Positions 9,209 to 18,574 are shown, counted from the first letter of the stretch. The stretch: 52,475 nucleotides of DNA from Clostridia bacterium (GCA_046484775.1 JAWOIG010000007.1:1-52475), one strand, 5' to 3'. Notes: generated by a model from the letters alone, not told the origin. Numbers and translations are program-made.

Positions 9209-9781
9209 ATGAAAGACGAGAGCATACTTGTTTCGGCGCGCTCCCCTGAACTTGCAGGGAAAGTCAGGCTCGTGCTGGAACAGGAGTTTTTCAATATTAC
9301 GGATATATGCTCATCCGGAACTGAGACCCTTAGAAAAGTAAGGATGTACAAGCCTGACCTGGTTATTTTGGATTACGATCTCGGGGACATGACCGGGTTC
9401 CAGGTAGCAGAAGTTGTAATAAGCGGTGGACTTGGTTCTGTAATTATGCTGGCAAACCAAATGCAGAAGGATTATGCGGAACAATATTTCGAATACCCTT
9501 ACCTCATATGCCTGGTAAAACCAATCAACAAGGCGGTCCTTTCAAATTCAGTGGAAATTGCACTGAAAAGCAGAAGGGGTCTGCGGACGCTGGAAGATGA
9601 AATAGTACGGCTGAAAGATGACATAGAAACAAGGAAGTTCGTCGAAAAAGCCAAGGGAATACTTATGGAAAAGCTGGGCATCGGCGAGGAGGAAGCCTAT
9701 GCGCGAATCAGAAGACGCAGCATGGACAGCCAGATGCCGATGAAGATGGTGGCAGAGATTATTATAGAAACAATGTGCTGA
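9209..9781 (+). CDS. ANTAR-domain response regulator with an atypical receiver
   Basis: CheY-like receiver (DLVILDYDL..., LVKP) plus a C-terminal ANTAR helix region (EKAKGILMEKLGIGEEEAYARIRRRSMD). The usual N-terminal acidic pair is replaced by SARS. Confidence 0.8.
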   Translation: MKDESILVSARSPELAGKVRLVLEQEFFNITDICSSGTETLRKVRMYKPDLVILDYDLGDMTGFQVAEVVISGGLGSVIMLANQMQKDYAEQYFEYPYLICLVKPINKAVLSNSVEIALKSRRGLRTLEDEIVRLKDDIETRKFVEKAKGILMEKLGIGEEEAYARIRRRSMDSQMPMKMVAEIIIETMC

Positions 9782-9789
9782 GGAGTTTT

Positions 9790-10578
9790 ATGAGGAAAGA
9801 CAGATATGGATTCAACGACCTGCTTGAGATAATGCAAAAGCTGAGAAGCCCCGGGGGATGCCCGTGGGACAGGGAGCAGACCCATGTATCCTTGAAGAGA
9901 TATATGGTTGAGGAAGCATACGAAGCGCTCGAGGCCATTGATTCCGGTAATGATGCAAAGATTTCCGAAGAACTGGGAGATGTGCTTTTGCAGGTGGTCT
10001 TTCATTCCCAGATAGCAATGGAGGAAAACAGATTTGATGCGGGGGATGTTGTTGATGGGATATGCCGCAAGCTGATTGAAAGGCATACCCATGTCTTTGG
10101 GGATGTAATTGCAAAGACGCCGGACGAGGTATTGAAGAACTGGGATAAAATAAAAAACAAAGCAAAGGGACTTGAATCCCATACCGAAAGGATTTTTGAC
10201 ATTCCTAAAAATTATCCCGCTTTGTTGAGAAGCCTAAAGATACAGGAAAAGGCCGCGAAGGCCGGTTTTGACTGGGACAGCGTCGATGGCGCGGTTCAAA
10301 AGACTCTTGAGGAAATCGGCGAGGTCGTGAAAGCGCGGGATGGTGGGGACAGGCAGGAAATCGAGGCCGAGATAGGCGACCTGCTTTTTTCGCTGGTTAA
10401 TGTTAGCAGGTTTTTGAAAGTAGAACCCGAGACGGCACTTCAGTCAACGGCCGACAGATTTGTAAGAAGATTTGAATTCGTTGAAAACGAGTGCCGGAAA
10501 AGAGGGATGGAAATGGAGCGGATGTCCCTTGCAGAGCTTGATTTATTCTGGGACAAGGCAAAGGAGGGAGGCGTGTAA
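9790..10578 (+). CDS. mazG: MazG nucleoside triphosphate pyrophosphohydrolase
   Basis: LLEIMQKLRSPGGCPWDREQTH and EELGDVLLQV, with a second EIGDLLF repeat. GAGGAG lies 4 nt upstream of the ATG at 9790. Confidence 0.9.
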   Translation: MRKDRYGFNDLLEIMQKLRSPGGCPWDREQTHVSLKRYMVEEAYEALEAIDSGNDAKISEELGDVLLQVVFHSQIAMEENRFDAGDVVDGICRKLIERHTHVFGDVIAKTPDEVLKNWDKIKNKAKGLESHTERIFDIPKNYPALLRSLKIQEKAAKAGFDWDSVDGAVQKTLEEIGEVVKARDGGDRQEIEAEIGDLLFSLVNVSRFLKVEPETALQSTADRFVRRFEFVENECRKRGMEMERMSLAELDLFWDKAKEGGV

Positions 10579-10820
10579 TGAGGCTGGATAAGTTTTTAAA
10601 GGTTTCAAGGCTGATAAAAAGAAGAACTGTGGCGGCCGAGGCCTGCGCCAACGGCAGGGTCAGTGTCAACGGAAGGGTTGCGAAGCAATCGACCGATATC
10701 AAGGAGGGCGATGTAATTGAGATTGCTTTCGGCAGCGGCAGGACCAAAATAAAGGTAATCAGTATTTCAGCGCAGGCAAACAAGGAAAATGCCAGGGAAA
10801 TGTACGAAATCGCGGAGTAA
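10578..10820 (+). CDS. S4-domain RNA-binding protein (YabO/Hsp15-like)
   Basis: MRLDKFLKVSRLIKRRTVAAEACANGRVSVNG is a typical S4 motif. There is a 1-nt overlap with the mazG stop. Confidence 0.85.
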   Translation: MRLDKFLKVSRLIKRRTVAAEACANGRVSVNGRVAKQSTDIKEGDVIEIAFGSGRTKIKVISISAQANKENAREMYEIAE

Positions 10821-10841
10821 GTGCAATCTGAAAAAAACAGT

Positions 10842-10870
10842 TTGACAAGCATTGGATGATATGTTACTAT
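10842..10870 (+). promoter_or_regulatory. Sigma-A-type promoter of the infC operon
   Basis: TTGACA (10842-10847), 17-nt spacer, TACTAT (10865-10870). Confidence 0.6.
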
Positions 10871-11063
10871 CGACTGGCAATAAAACAAAGAAGAAGTGAT
10901 CCGCTTCTCACCCCCCGGACCAAGTCCTGACGGGTTAATATAAAAGATGTGTAAGCGTTTTTATTCGGCGGGTTGTTTCTATGGCCCGCTGTTTTATTGC
11001 GGGGAACACTGGGCGGGATAATGAAGGTGCATTGCGACAGACCGTGAATGGTCTGAATAAAAC
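10871..11063 (+). promoter_or_regulatory. infC-rpmI-rplT leader (L20-leader-type attenuator)
   Basis: About 190-nt untranslated leader. It contains an intrinsic terminator, CGGCGGG(10966-10972) / CCCGCTG(10985-10991) followed by TTTTATT, ahead of the infC RBS. The position matches the Firmicute L20 autoregulatory leader. Confidence 0.5.
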
Positions 11064-11076
11064 GGAGGTGGAAAAT

Positions 11077-11619
11077 ATCGCTACCAAAAAAAAGGATTCA
11101 AAGAACCATATGAGGATCAATGAGGAAATAAGGTGCAAGGAAGTGCGCCTGATAGGTCCTAACGGGGACATGATGGGCATAGTCACCCCGGAGAAAGCGC
11201 TTCAGATTGCGGCGCAGAATGAACTGGACCTGGTGGAAATATCCCCGAAGGCAAGTCCACCCGTATGCAAGATCATAGATTATGGCAAGTATATGTTTGA
11301 AATGGCAAAAAAGCAAAAGGAAGCCAACAAACACCAGAAGGCAACGGATATGAAGGAAGTCTGGTTGAAACCGAAAATCGAGGAACATGATTTCAGCTTC
11401 AAGACAAAGAATGCCAACAAGTTTTTGGCCGAAGGCCACAAGGTTAAGGTCAGCCTAAGGTTCAGGGGACGGGAAATGAGTTATACGAACATGGGAAGGG
11501 AACTGATGCTCAAATTCGCGGAGGCATGTTCGGAAAACGGCGATATGGACGGAAACCCCAAGCTTGAAGGTAAAAATATGTTGATGATGCTTTCACCAAA
11601 GCAAAGCAAGAAGAAATAA
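11077..11619 (+). CDS. infC: Translation initiation factor IF-3
   Basis: INEEIRCKEVRLIGPNGDMMGIV... is a typical IF-3 sequence. The proposed start is ATC at 11077, 6 nt after GGAGGTG (11064-11070). The alternative is ATG at 11110. The ORF-track ATG at 10981 lies in the leader terminator loop. Confidence 0.85.
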   Translation: MATKKKDSKNHMRINEEIRCKEVRLIGPNGDMMGIVTPEKALQIAAQNELDLVEISPKASPPVCKIIDYGKYMFEMAKKQKEANKHQKATDMKEVWLKPKIEEHDFSFKTKNANKFLAEGHKVKVSLRFRGREMSYTNMGRELMLKFAEACSENGDMDGNPKLEGKNMLMMLSPKQSKKK

Positions 11620-11633
11620 AGGAGGGGACAGAA

Positions 11634-11831
11634 ATGCCCAAGATCAAAACACATAGTGCTTCCAAAAAGAGGTTCAGCAAGACAGGCGGAGGCAAAATTA
11701 AAATGAGCCATGCTTTTAGAAGCCACAGGCTTATTTCGAAGAGCAAAAAGGCCAAGAAATCGCACAGACTGGATGCCTATGCGTCGGACGCAAATTCAGC
11801 AACTGTAAAGAAACTCATACCATACAAATAA
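11634..11831 (+). CDS. rpmI: 50S ribosomal protein L35
   Basis: MPKIKTHSASKKRF. AAGGAGG lies upstream. Confidence 0.95.
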   Translation: MPKIKTHSASKKRFSKTGGGKIKMSHAFRSHRLISKSKKAKKSHRLDAYASDANSATVKKLIPYK

Positions 11832-11894
11832 TATACAAACCAGGCTACTGCCGGAACCGTATGGAACGGTTCGAAATAAGAGGAGGTTTTTAAG

Positions 11895-12248
11895 ATGGCA
11901 AGAGTAAAGGGCGCGGCAACAACCCGTGCAAGACATAGAAAAGTAATTAAGCAAGCAAAGGGATATTTTGGAACTAAAAGCATAAACTACAAGGTTGCCA
12001 AACAGGCGGTCATGAAATCGCTTCAGTACGCCTATAGGGACAGGAAGGCGAATAAAAGAAATTTCAGGAAAATCTGGATTACGCGTATCAACGCCGCAGC
12101 CAGAATAAACGGAATGTCATACAGCAGGTTCATGAACGGGCTTAAGCTGAGCGGCATTGAATTGAACAGGAAAGTCCTGGCGGATATGGCTGTCAATGAT
12201 CCCGGCGGATTTGCCACACTGGTGGAGCAGGCAAAGAAAAAGAGTTGA
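11895..12248 (+). CDS. rplT: 50S ribosomal protein L20
   Basis: [17 protein letters not shown]...AYRDRK. GAGGAGG lies upstream. Confidence 0.95.
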   Translation: MARVKGAATTRARHRKVIKQAKGYFGTKSINYKVAKQAVMKSLQYAYRDRKANKRNFRKIWITRINAAARINGMSYSRFMNGLKLSGIELNRKVLADMAVNDPGGFATLVEQAKKKS

Positions 12249-12249
12249 A

Positions 12250-13014
12250 ATGCAAAGAATTGACTCGGATGAAAATAAAAAACTAAAGCGGCTGATAAGC
12301 CTTAAGCAGAAAAAGGTTCGGGTAAAAGAGGGCCTTTTTCTTATTGAGGGAATAAAAATGGTCAATGAGGCGCTGGACTCGTATAAAGCTGTCGATTTCA
12401 TCCTCATATCCGACTCGTTTCTGCTTAAAAGCGAAACATTTGTCCGCGAACTGGAAAAATCCGCTATAGAAATATATATAACCAGGGACGGGCTTTTCAA
12501 CAGATGCTCATCGCTTGCAACCCCGCAGGGCATATTGGCGCAATTGAAAATTCGAAAAGAAGGCCTGGAGGATATTCCCCGGGATAAAAATATAGTCATG
12601 CTGGATGCACTTAAGGATCCGGGCAACCTGGGAACAATAGTGCGAACGGCCGATGCCTTCGGGTTTGGCGGGGTTTTGCTCCTTCCCGATTGTGCGGAGA
12701 TATATAACCCGAAGACAGTGCAGGCTGCGATGGGTTCGATTCTTCGCGTACCATGCCTGAATGTGGAATATGACAGTTTGGATATGCTTAAGAACGCGGG
12801 GTATTTAGTCTATGGAATGGACTCAAGTGGCGAGGACATGAGGGAAGAGAAGTTTCCAGGCAAGTCTGTTGTGGTTATAGGCAGCGAATCCCATGGTTTG
12901 AGCCGGGAGACGGTCCAAAGGTGCGACAGGCTGATCAGCATAAACATGAGCGGAGGGGCGGAATCGCTTAATGCCGCTGTTGCGGCAGGCATTATCATGA
13001 ACAGACTTTCCTGA
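12250..13014 (+). CDS. TrmH/SpoU-family RNA 2'-O-methyltransferase (YsgA-like)
   Basis: DPGNLGTIVRTADAFG, IGSESHGL and SLNAAVAAGI are SpoU motifs. The ATG at 12250 comes right after the rplT stop. Confidence 0.85.
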   Translation: MQRIDSDENKKLKRLISLKQKKVRVKEGLFLIEGIKMVNEALDSYKAVDFILISDSFLLKSETFVRELEKSAIEIYITRDGLFNRCSSLATPQGILAQLKIRKEGLEDIPRDKNIVMLDALKDPGNLGTIVRTADAFGFGGVLLLPDCAEIYNPKTVQAAMGSILRVPCLNVEYDSLDMLKNAGYLVYGMDSSGEDMREEKFPGKSVVVIGSESHGLSRETVQRCDRLISINMSGGAESLNAAVAAGIIMNRLS

Positions 13015-13051
13015 ATGTGTTAATATATAGAAAAAGCTCTTGGAGGTTCAT

Positions 13052-13786
13052 ATGTCAAAAATAGGTTTGCAGCTCTATTCCATCAAGGAAATTGCGGAAA
13101 AGGATTTTTTTGGCGCAATAAGACTGGCCGCTGAATGCGGCTATAAGGGAGTTGAATTTGCCGGATTCTTCAATTCTTCAGCTGCTGATGTAAAAAAACT
13201 ACTGGCTTCAGAGGGATTGGAAGCCTGTGGCAGCCATACTTCCATAGACCTTCTTCTGGGTGATTTCGATATAACCGCCGAGTATAATCTTGCAATCGGC
13301 AATAAATACATAGTAATTCCTGCAATTCCAAGGGATATGTATGGAAGCAGGGATGCCTGGCTGCGTACTGCTGAAATATTGAACGGCCTTAGCGAAAAGC
13401 TCAGGGAAAGAGGGCTGATGCTCGGATACCATAACCATGCGTATGAATTCGAGAACATTGAAGGGGAGTATGGTTATGATATACTTGCCAAGGCTACCAA
13501 AAAGGATATATTGCTGGAGATTGACACTTACTGGGTGGCATGGCCCGGACTTGATGTCATTGAATATGTCCGCAAGTATAAGGACAGGCTTGAACTTATT
13601 CATATAAAGGATATGGACGAAAATAAAAACAGCACCGAGGCGGGCAGCGGAACCATAGATTTCAGAGCGATTGTAAAAGAAGCGGAGCTGACGGAATGGT
13701 TCATCGTCGAGCAGGAGCATTTTACCATGCCTCAGGAAGATTCAATAAGGAAAAGCTGCAGTTATTTGAAGGGAATACTCGGATGA
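13052..13786 (+). CDS. Sugar phosphate isomerase/epimerase (xylose-isomerase-like TIM barrel)
   Basis: [21 protein letters not shown] and IHIKD are metal-site motifs of the AP-endo2/XylA-like TIM fold. GGAGG lies 5 nt upstream of the ATG at 13052. Confidence 0.75.
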   Translation: MSKIGLQLYSIKEIAEKDFFGAIRLAAECGYKGVEFAGFFNSSAADVKKLLASEGLEACGSHTSIDLLLGDFDITAEYNLAIGNKYIVIPAIPRDMYGSRDAWLRTAEILNGLSEKLRERGLMLGYHNHAYEFENIEGEYGYDILAKATKKDILLEIDTYWVAWPGLDVIEYVRKYKDRLELIHIKDMDENKNSTEAGSGTIDFRAIVKEAELTEWFIVEQEHFTMPQEDSIRKSCSYLKGILG

Positions 13787-14127
13787 GTGCAATTAACTCA
13801 ATTAAATATAATGAAAAGGGACTGGTTCCGGTAATTGCTCAGGACAATGATTCAGGTATAATCCTGATGATGGCATATGCAAAACGGGAACAGCTTGAAA
13901 AAACACTGTCGTCCGGGCTTGCCCATTATTTCAGCAGGAGCAGAAATTCAGAATGGCTGAAAGGGGAAACATCAGGGCATTATCAGCATGTCACCGGCAT
14001 TTTGGTGGATTGCGACATGGATTGTGTCATTTACAAAGTCAAACAGGATGGGGCTGCCTGCCATACGGGCGAGTATTCCTGCTTTTACAGAAAGATAAAT
14101 GATGAGGGAGAACTTGAAAATGAGTGA
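13783..14127 (+). CDS. hisI: Phosphoribosyl-AMP cyclohydrolase
   Basis: GLVPVIAQD...MMAYAKRE...SRSR...[20 protein letters not shown] pattern. ATGA overlap with the preceding gene. Confidence 0.85.
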   Translation: MSAINSIKYNEKGLVPVIAQDNDSGIILMMAYAKREQLEKTLSSGLAHYFSRSRNSEWLKGETSGHYQHVTGILVDCDMDCVIYKVKQDGAACHTGEYSCFYRKINDEGELENE

Positions 14128-14407
14128 AAAACAAAACATTCTTGACGAGCTGTATGCGGTCATCTGCGAGAGGAAGGAAAATCCAAGGGAAGGATCGTAT
14201 ACAAATTATCTTTTTGATAAAGGCATAGACAAGATTCTGAAAAAGGTCGGCGAGGAATCGTCCGAGGTCATCATAGCCTCAAAAAACGACCGCACTGAAG
14301 AGATTGTCTATGAATCTGCGGACTTGATTTATCACCTTATGGTTTTATTTGTGGAAAAGGGAATAACCCTGGACGATATATTTGATGAACTGCGCAAGAG
14401 AAGATAA
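14120..14407 (+). CDS. hisE: Phosphoribosyl-ATP pyrophosphatase
   Basis: [41 protein letters not shown] and ADLIYHLMV. It overlaps hisI by 8 nt. Confidence 0.85.
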   Translation: MSEKQNILDELYAVICERKENPREGSYTNYLFDKGIDKILKKVGEESSEVIIASKNDRTEEIVYESADLIYHLMVLFVEKGITLDDIFDELRKRR

Positions 14408-14415
14408 TCGGTGTG

Positions 14416-15582
14416 TCATCCTTCGAAAGCAATGACCCTGTTTCTTCCTGAACGCTTGGCTGCGTACAATGCTTTGTCAGCATCGATATACATTGAATTG
14501 AATTCCATGTTCTTGTTTCCTATCGCCGATGAAATGCCCAGGCTGATCGTAAGTTTCCCTAAATCCGAGTTTATGTTGGGGATGCAGGCATTCTCGATGT
14601 TTCGGCGCAATTTTTCGGCCACTATTCCCGCAGCATCGATGGGAGTGAAAGGCAGTATGATGGCGAACTCCTCTCCGCCGTATCTGTATATGGAGTCTGT
14701 TGAACGCTTCAGGGTATTCTTCATGATTTCTGCCGCTTTCCTAAGGCATAAATCCCCCTCTATATGTCCGTATGTATCGTTGAATGTCTTGAAATGATCA
14801 AGATCGATAAGAAGCAATGAGAACTCCTTGCCGCTTCTGCCCGACCTTTTCCATTCCGTTTCCATCATCTCGTCAAGTTTTCTTCTGTTGTATACATCGG
14901 TAAGGGCATCGATTTCAGAATGCTGCTTCAGCATGTTGTTCTGGGATATTAGCTGCAGGTCCTTGCTGTATGAATCAACCCTTAGGGAATAAAAGAGAAT
15001 GGATATGGTTATCGAAATGATGAAGAACCCCCAGGCGTCCATCAACAAAGGCACTGCGATGGTTTCACCGAATGGATTCATGGCAAGGATGAATAGGGTC
15101 AGCAAAGTTTGAGAGGGAGCCATGATGGATATTATTTCCCAGAAGCTCAGGAAGGGAACCACTGCAACCGACAGCATTATAAAAATATATATATTCGGAA
15201 GAAAGCCTTCGTCATAGCCGAAAAGTATCACACAGACTCCCCAGATTAAAATGAGCATGAGACCGGTGCTTATTATCAACCGGAAAAAAAGTATGTACTT
15301 ATATTTCAGTTTTTTCTTCATATAGTGCAGCGCCGTCGTAAAAAGAAGCATGAAAGGTATTATTATGAGATACAGGATTATGTAATTCTCTCTCTGGGCA
15401 CCGCTGATATTTAAGATTCCGGGCAGGAGTGCCACAATAAGCATCACAAGTTCAGCGACAACGAAAACAAGACCCGCAATCTTGAGTCGTTCCAAATTGA
15501 GCTCAAGATTTGCATAAATGAACTTTGTCTGTTCATCATGGGATAAGCCGGGTATTTTAATCAGGTATTTCCTGGCATCCAT
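14416..15582 (-). CDS. Membrane-anchored diguanylate cyclase (GGDEF)
   Basis: Multi-TM N-terminus and a C-terminal GGDEF domain (RYGGEEF active site, DALTDVYNRR). The ATG at 15582 is preceded by GGAG. Confidence 0.85.
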   Translation of the reverse strand: MDARKYLIKIPGLSHDEQTKFIYANLELNLERLKIAGLVFVVAELVMLIVALLPGILNISGAQRENYIILYLIIIPFMLLFTTALHYMKKKLKYKYILFFRLIISTGLMLILIWGVCVILFGYDEGFLPNIYIFIMLSVAVVPFLSFWEIISIMAPSQTLLTLFILAMNPFGETIAVPLLMDAWGFFIISITISILFYSLRVDSYSKDLQLISQNNMLKQHSEIDALTDVYNRRKLDEMMETEWKRSGRSGKEFSLLLIDLDHFKTFNDTYGHIEGDLCLRKAAEIMKNTLKRSTDSIYRYGGEEFAIILPFTPIDAAGIVAEKLRRNIENACIPNINSDLGKLTISLGISSAIGNKNMEFNSMYIDADKALYAAKRSGRNRVIAFEG

Positions 15583-15791
15583 TGAGAATCTCCATTCAGC
15601 TGCCAAATTTATACTGTCATCAATTATAGTATAAAAGCAAATGATTTGAAAGACATCAGAATCATTGCAGCTAAATTGACGGAAACCGCAGGAATGTCAA
15701 GCAAATACGGTGGTTTCATATCAATGAAACGTGAGAATTGCAGCTGGCTGAGGCTGTAGGCCGACGGCTTCGGGAATGATGAAGATTTTAC

Positions 15792-15819
15792 TTGCCAATT
15801 TAAAAAGAAGTGGTAGAAT
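15792..15819 (+). promoter_or_regulatory. Possible promoter for the SulP gene
   Basis: TTGCCA (15792-15797), 16-nt spacer, TAGAAT (15814-15819) with TG at 15811-15812 two nt upstream (near-extended -10). It argues against the ORF-track start at 15820. Confidence 0.45.
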
Positions 15820-15867
15820 ATGTTTAGCCATTTTTCGAACGATGAGGAAAACCAAGAAAGCACGAGA

Positions 15868-17523
15868 ATGAAGACATTTAACCCAAAGCTATTTACAACT
15901 CTCAGAACCTATTCCAGGAAACAATTTTTAAATGACGTCACGGCCGGTACGATAGTGGCAATCATTGCGCTTCCACTGTCGATTGCCCTGGGCATTGCAT
16001 CCGGGGTAAGCCCTGAAAAAGGTCTTGTTACGGCAGTAATAGCCGGATTCCTGATTTCGTTTCTTGGAGGCAGCAGGGTACAGATCGGCGGTCCGACCGG
16101 AGCTTTCATGATCATTGTATACAATATCGTGGCTACTCATGGAATATCGGGGTTGATTACCGCGACCTTCATGGCCGGCGTCATTATGATATTGCTTGGA
16201 TTGCTTCGTCTGGGCAACGTAATCAAATTTGTCCCATATCCAATAATCTCAGGTTTTACAAGCGGGATAGCACTTGTAATATTCACGTCCCAGATAAAGG
16301 ATTTCCTCGGGCTTGAACTTAATGGGAATCCAACGGAATTTCTTGAGATCTGGCGAAACATATTTGCATCGCTGGGAGAAACCCGCTGGGAGACGCTTGC
16401 GGTGGGTGCGGCGGCGCTCTCTATACTTATCATATGGCCAAAAATCAGCAAAAAAATACCTGCGTCACTGATCGCCATAATAATTACGACAGCGGCTGTG
16501 TTTTTCCTAAAGATGGACGTGATGACGATAGGAGGGAAATTCCAGAATCTATCGGGCTCTTTCCCTGCCCCTGCATTTCCTGTCTTCAATATGGAATTGG
16601 TAAAAAGCCTTATGGGGCCTGCGGTTTCGATAGCAATCCTGGGCTCAATCGAATCATTGCTTTCTGCAGTCGTCGCTGATGGCGTGATAGGAGGCAAACA
16701 TCGGTCCAACACCGAGTTGATAGCCCAGGGAATAGCCAATATCGCATCGTCCTTTTTTGGAGGAATTCCGGCTACCGGCGCTATAGCAAGAACAATGGCA
16801 AATATCAAGAACGGCGGACGCACACCAGTAGCCGGAATAGTTCACTCGATAGTTCTGGCGCTTATAATGATATTTCTTCTGCCTCTCGCAAAACTCATTC
16901 CGATGGCAGCCTTGTCTGCGATACTGATAATGGTGGCTTATAACATGAGCGAATGGCGGGAGTTCCGTGCTATGTTCAAATCACCAAAGAGCGACCTTGC
17001 GGTCATGCTGATAACATTCGGCCTAACAGTTATGATCGACCTTGTTGTTGCAATTGAGGTGGGAATGGTCATGGCCGCAATACTTTTCATGAAGCGAATG
17101 GCTGATGTTACCAATGTCAAGGAAATAAAAATGGATGCAGCCGAGGAGCTGAATGGAATCGAAAGAGAGGACATCATTCCATACGACTCCATGTCGCCAG
17201 ACATTCAGATTTATGAAATAAACGGTCCTTTCTTTTTCGGTGCGGCCGAGAAATTCATCGACGGCATCAAGACACTGAACAGCAGGACGCGCATTGTCAT
17301 AATCAGGATGAGAAACGTGCCGTTCATCGATGCGACGGCTTTACGAGCATTCGAGGAAGTTGTCAGGCACTGCAATTCCATGAAGATAGGTCTTCTTGTT
17401 TCAGGATTGAACCCAAAGGCAAAACAGGAGCTTTCGGGAAGCAAGGTATATGAAAAAATAGGCGGAGACAGATTTTTCAATACAGTCGAGGAAGCAATGG
17501 CGTATGGCAGGTCTTTGATTTAG
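15868..17523 (+). CDS. SulP-family anion (sulfate) permease with C-terminal STAS domain
   Basis: Typical SulP N-terminus (LRTYSRKQFLNDVTAGTIVAIIALPLSIALGIASG), more than 10 TM segments, and a STAS-like tail (IYEINGPFFFGAA...IIRMRNVPFIDATAL). Confidence 0.85.
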   Translation: MKTFNPKLFTTLRTYSRKQFLNDVTAGTIVAIIALPLSIALGIASGVSPEKGLVTAVIAGFLISFLGGSRVQIGGPTGAFMIIVYNIVATHGISGLITATFMAGVIMILLGLLRLGNVIKFVPYPIISGFTSGIALVIFTSQIKDFLGLELNGNPTEFLEIWRNIFASLGETRWETLAVGAAALSILIIWPKISKKIPASLIAIIITTAAVFFLKMDVMTIGGKFQNLSGSFPAPAFPVFNMELVKSLMGPAVSIAILGSIESLLSAVVADGVIGGKHRSNTELIAQGIANIASSFFGGIPATGAIARTMANIKNGGRTPVAGIVHSIVLALIMIFLLPLAKLIPMAALSAILIMVAYNMSEWREFRAMFKSPKSDLAVMLITFGLTVMIDLVVAIEVGMVMAAILFMKRMADVTNVKEIKMDAAEELNGIEREDIIPYDSMSPDIQIYEINGPFFFGAAEKFIDGIKTLNSRTRIVIIRMRNVPFIDATALRAFEEVVRHCNSMKIGLLVSGLNPKAKQELSGSKVYEKIGGDRFFNTVEEAMAYGRSLI

Positions 17524-17659
17524 GACAATGCCAAACCATCCTGCAGGTGGTAGCACCAATGGAAGAAATAAATTCCACGCCGCCTTATGCTGTAAGAAGC
17601 ATACCGAGGAAACTTTGATCAAAGGCATACGGTTGCGGCAAGCGTGGCATATATTTGTC

Positions 17660-17689
17660 TTGACACATAAAAGAGCAATTGGGTATAAT
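17660..17689 (+). promoter_or_regulatory. Promoter for tRNA-Leu
   Basis: TTGACA (17660-17665), 18-nt spacer, TATAAT (17684-17689), about 20 nt before the tRNA. Confidence 0.55.
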
Positions 17690-17708
17690 ACTTTTTGCAT
17701 ATCAATAC

Positions 17709-17793
17709 GCGAGGATGGCGGAACTGGCAGACGCGCACGGTTGAGGGCCGTGTTCCTTACAGAGTGTGGGTTCGAGTCCCATTCCTCGCACCA
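17709..17793 (+). tRNA. tRNA-Leu (anticodon GAG), encoded CCA
   Basis: Acceptor GCGAGGA/TCCTCGC, anticodon arm CACGG-TTGAGGG-CCGTG, long variable arm, GGTTCGAGTCC T-loop, and terminal ACCA. Confidence 0.9.
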
Positions 17794-17827
17794 GAAAAGG
17801 CGGTTTGTGAAAACAGGGCGCCTTTTC
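17794..17827 (+). terminator. Terminator hairpin after tRNA-Leu
   Basis: GAAAAGGCG ... CGCCTTTTC. The A/T-flanked stem could work in both directions. Confidence 0.6.
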
Positions 17828-17974
17828 CGCACTTTGGAATAGTAAAAACACCCTTATTGAAAACGAAAGATATTATAATGAGGTACACTGCGAAACGAGA
17901 TGGGAATCCCCGCCAAAAAGTCGAATGCCGCGGTTCGCCGTGTATATGATATAATTTATTGACGGAGGCGGCAG

Positions 17975-18574
17975 GTGTTGATGGAAAAAAATATTTTTTC
18001 GTTTGAGGGGAATATATGCGGCCGTGACAGGGCCGGCATTGCAGGACGTTTGGGAATGGTATTCTGGCTTTACGGTCTTTCGGGATCGGGGAAATCCGTT
18101 ATTTCCAGGCTTGCCGAGGAAAAGCTTTTTTCCATGGGAATTTTGTGCTATCGGTTGGATGGAGACAACCTGAGAATCGGTCTCAACTCAGATCTGGGTT
18201 TTTCCGAGAAAGACAGGGATGAGAATATCAGGAGGGCGGCGGAAACGGCAAAACTGCTTGCAGATGCAGGTATCATTGTAATTTCGGCATTCATAACACC
18301 GCTTGAGGAAAACAGGAAAACCGCAAATGATATTCTGGGAAGCCTTTATAACGGCGTATATGTCAAATGCGATATCAGGACTTGCATTGAAAGGGATCCC
18401 AAGGGTTTGTACAAAAGGGCGGCTTCCGGTGAAATAGAGGACTTTACCGGCATATCGGCTCCATTTGAAGAAGGCTGCGGGGATGAACTTGTTATTGATA
18501 CGGTCCTGCATGATGCGAATGAGTGCGCGGATATTCTGGTAAAATTCATCCTGGATAAAACCGCATTGGCATAA
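17975..18574 (+). CDS. cysC: Adenylylsulfate (APS) kinase
   Basis: P-loop GLSGSGKS, LDGDNLR, and SAFITP.. region. GTG at 17975 lies 6 nt after GGAGG. ATG at 17981 is the alternative start. Confidence 0.85.
   Translation: MLMEKNIFSFEGNICGRDRAGIAGRLGMVFWLYGLSGSGKSVISRLAEEKLFSMGILCYRLDGDNLRIGLNSDLGFSEKDRDENIRRAAETAKLLADAGIIVISAFITPLEENRKTANDILGSLYNGVYVKCDIRTCIERDPKGLYKRAASGEIEDFTGISAPFEEGCGDELVIDTVLHDANECADILVKFILDKTALA

Noticed and set aside
10981-11076. ORF-track start of infC at ATG 10981 (212-aa product)
   Set aside because: This ATG sits in the loop of the leader terminator and has no RBS. It would add about 30 non-IF-3 residues. The strong RBS at 11064-11070 serves the ATC at 11077.
17401-17949. 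ORFs overlapping tRNA-Leu (17401-17832 minus, 17528-17842 plus, 17695-17949 plus)
   Set aside because: They span a canonical tRNA, its promoter and its terminator. They have no RBS and no recognisable protein features.
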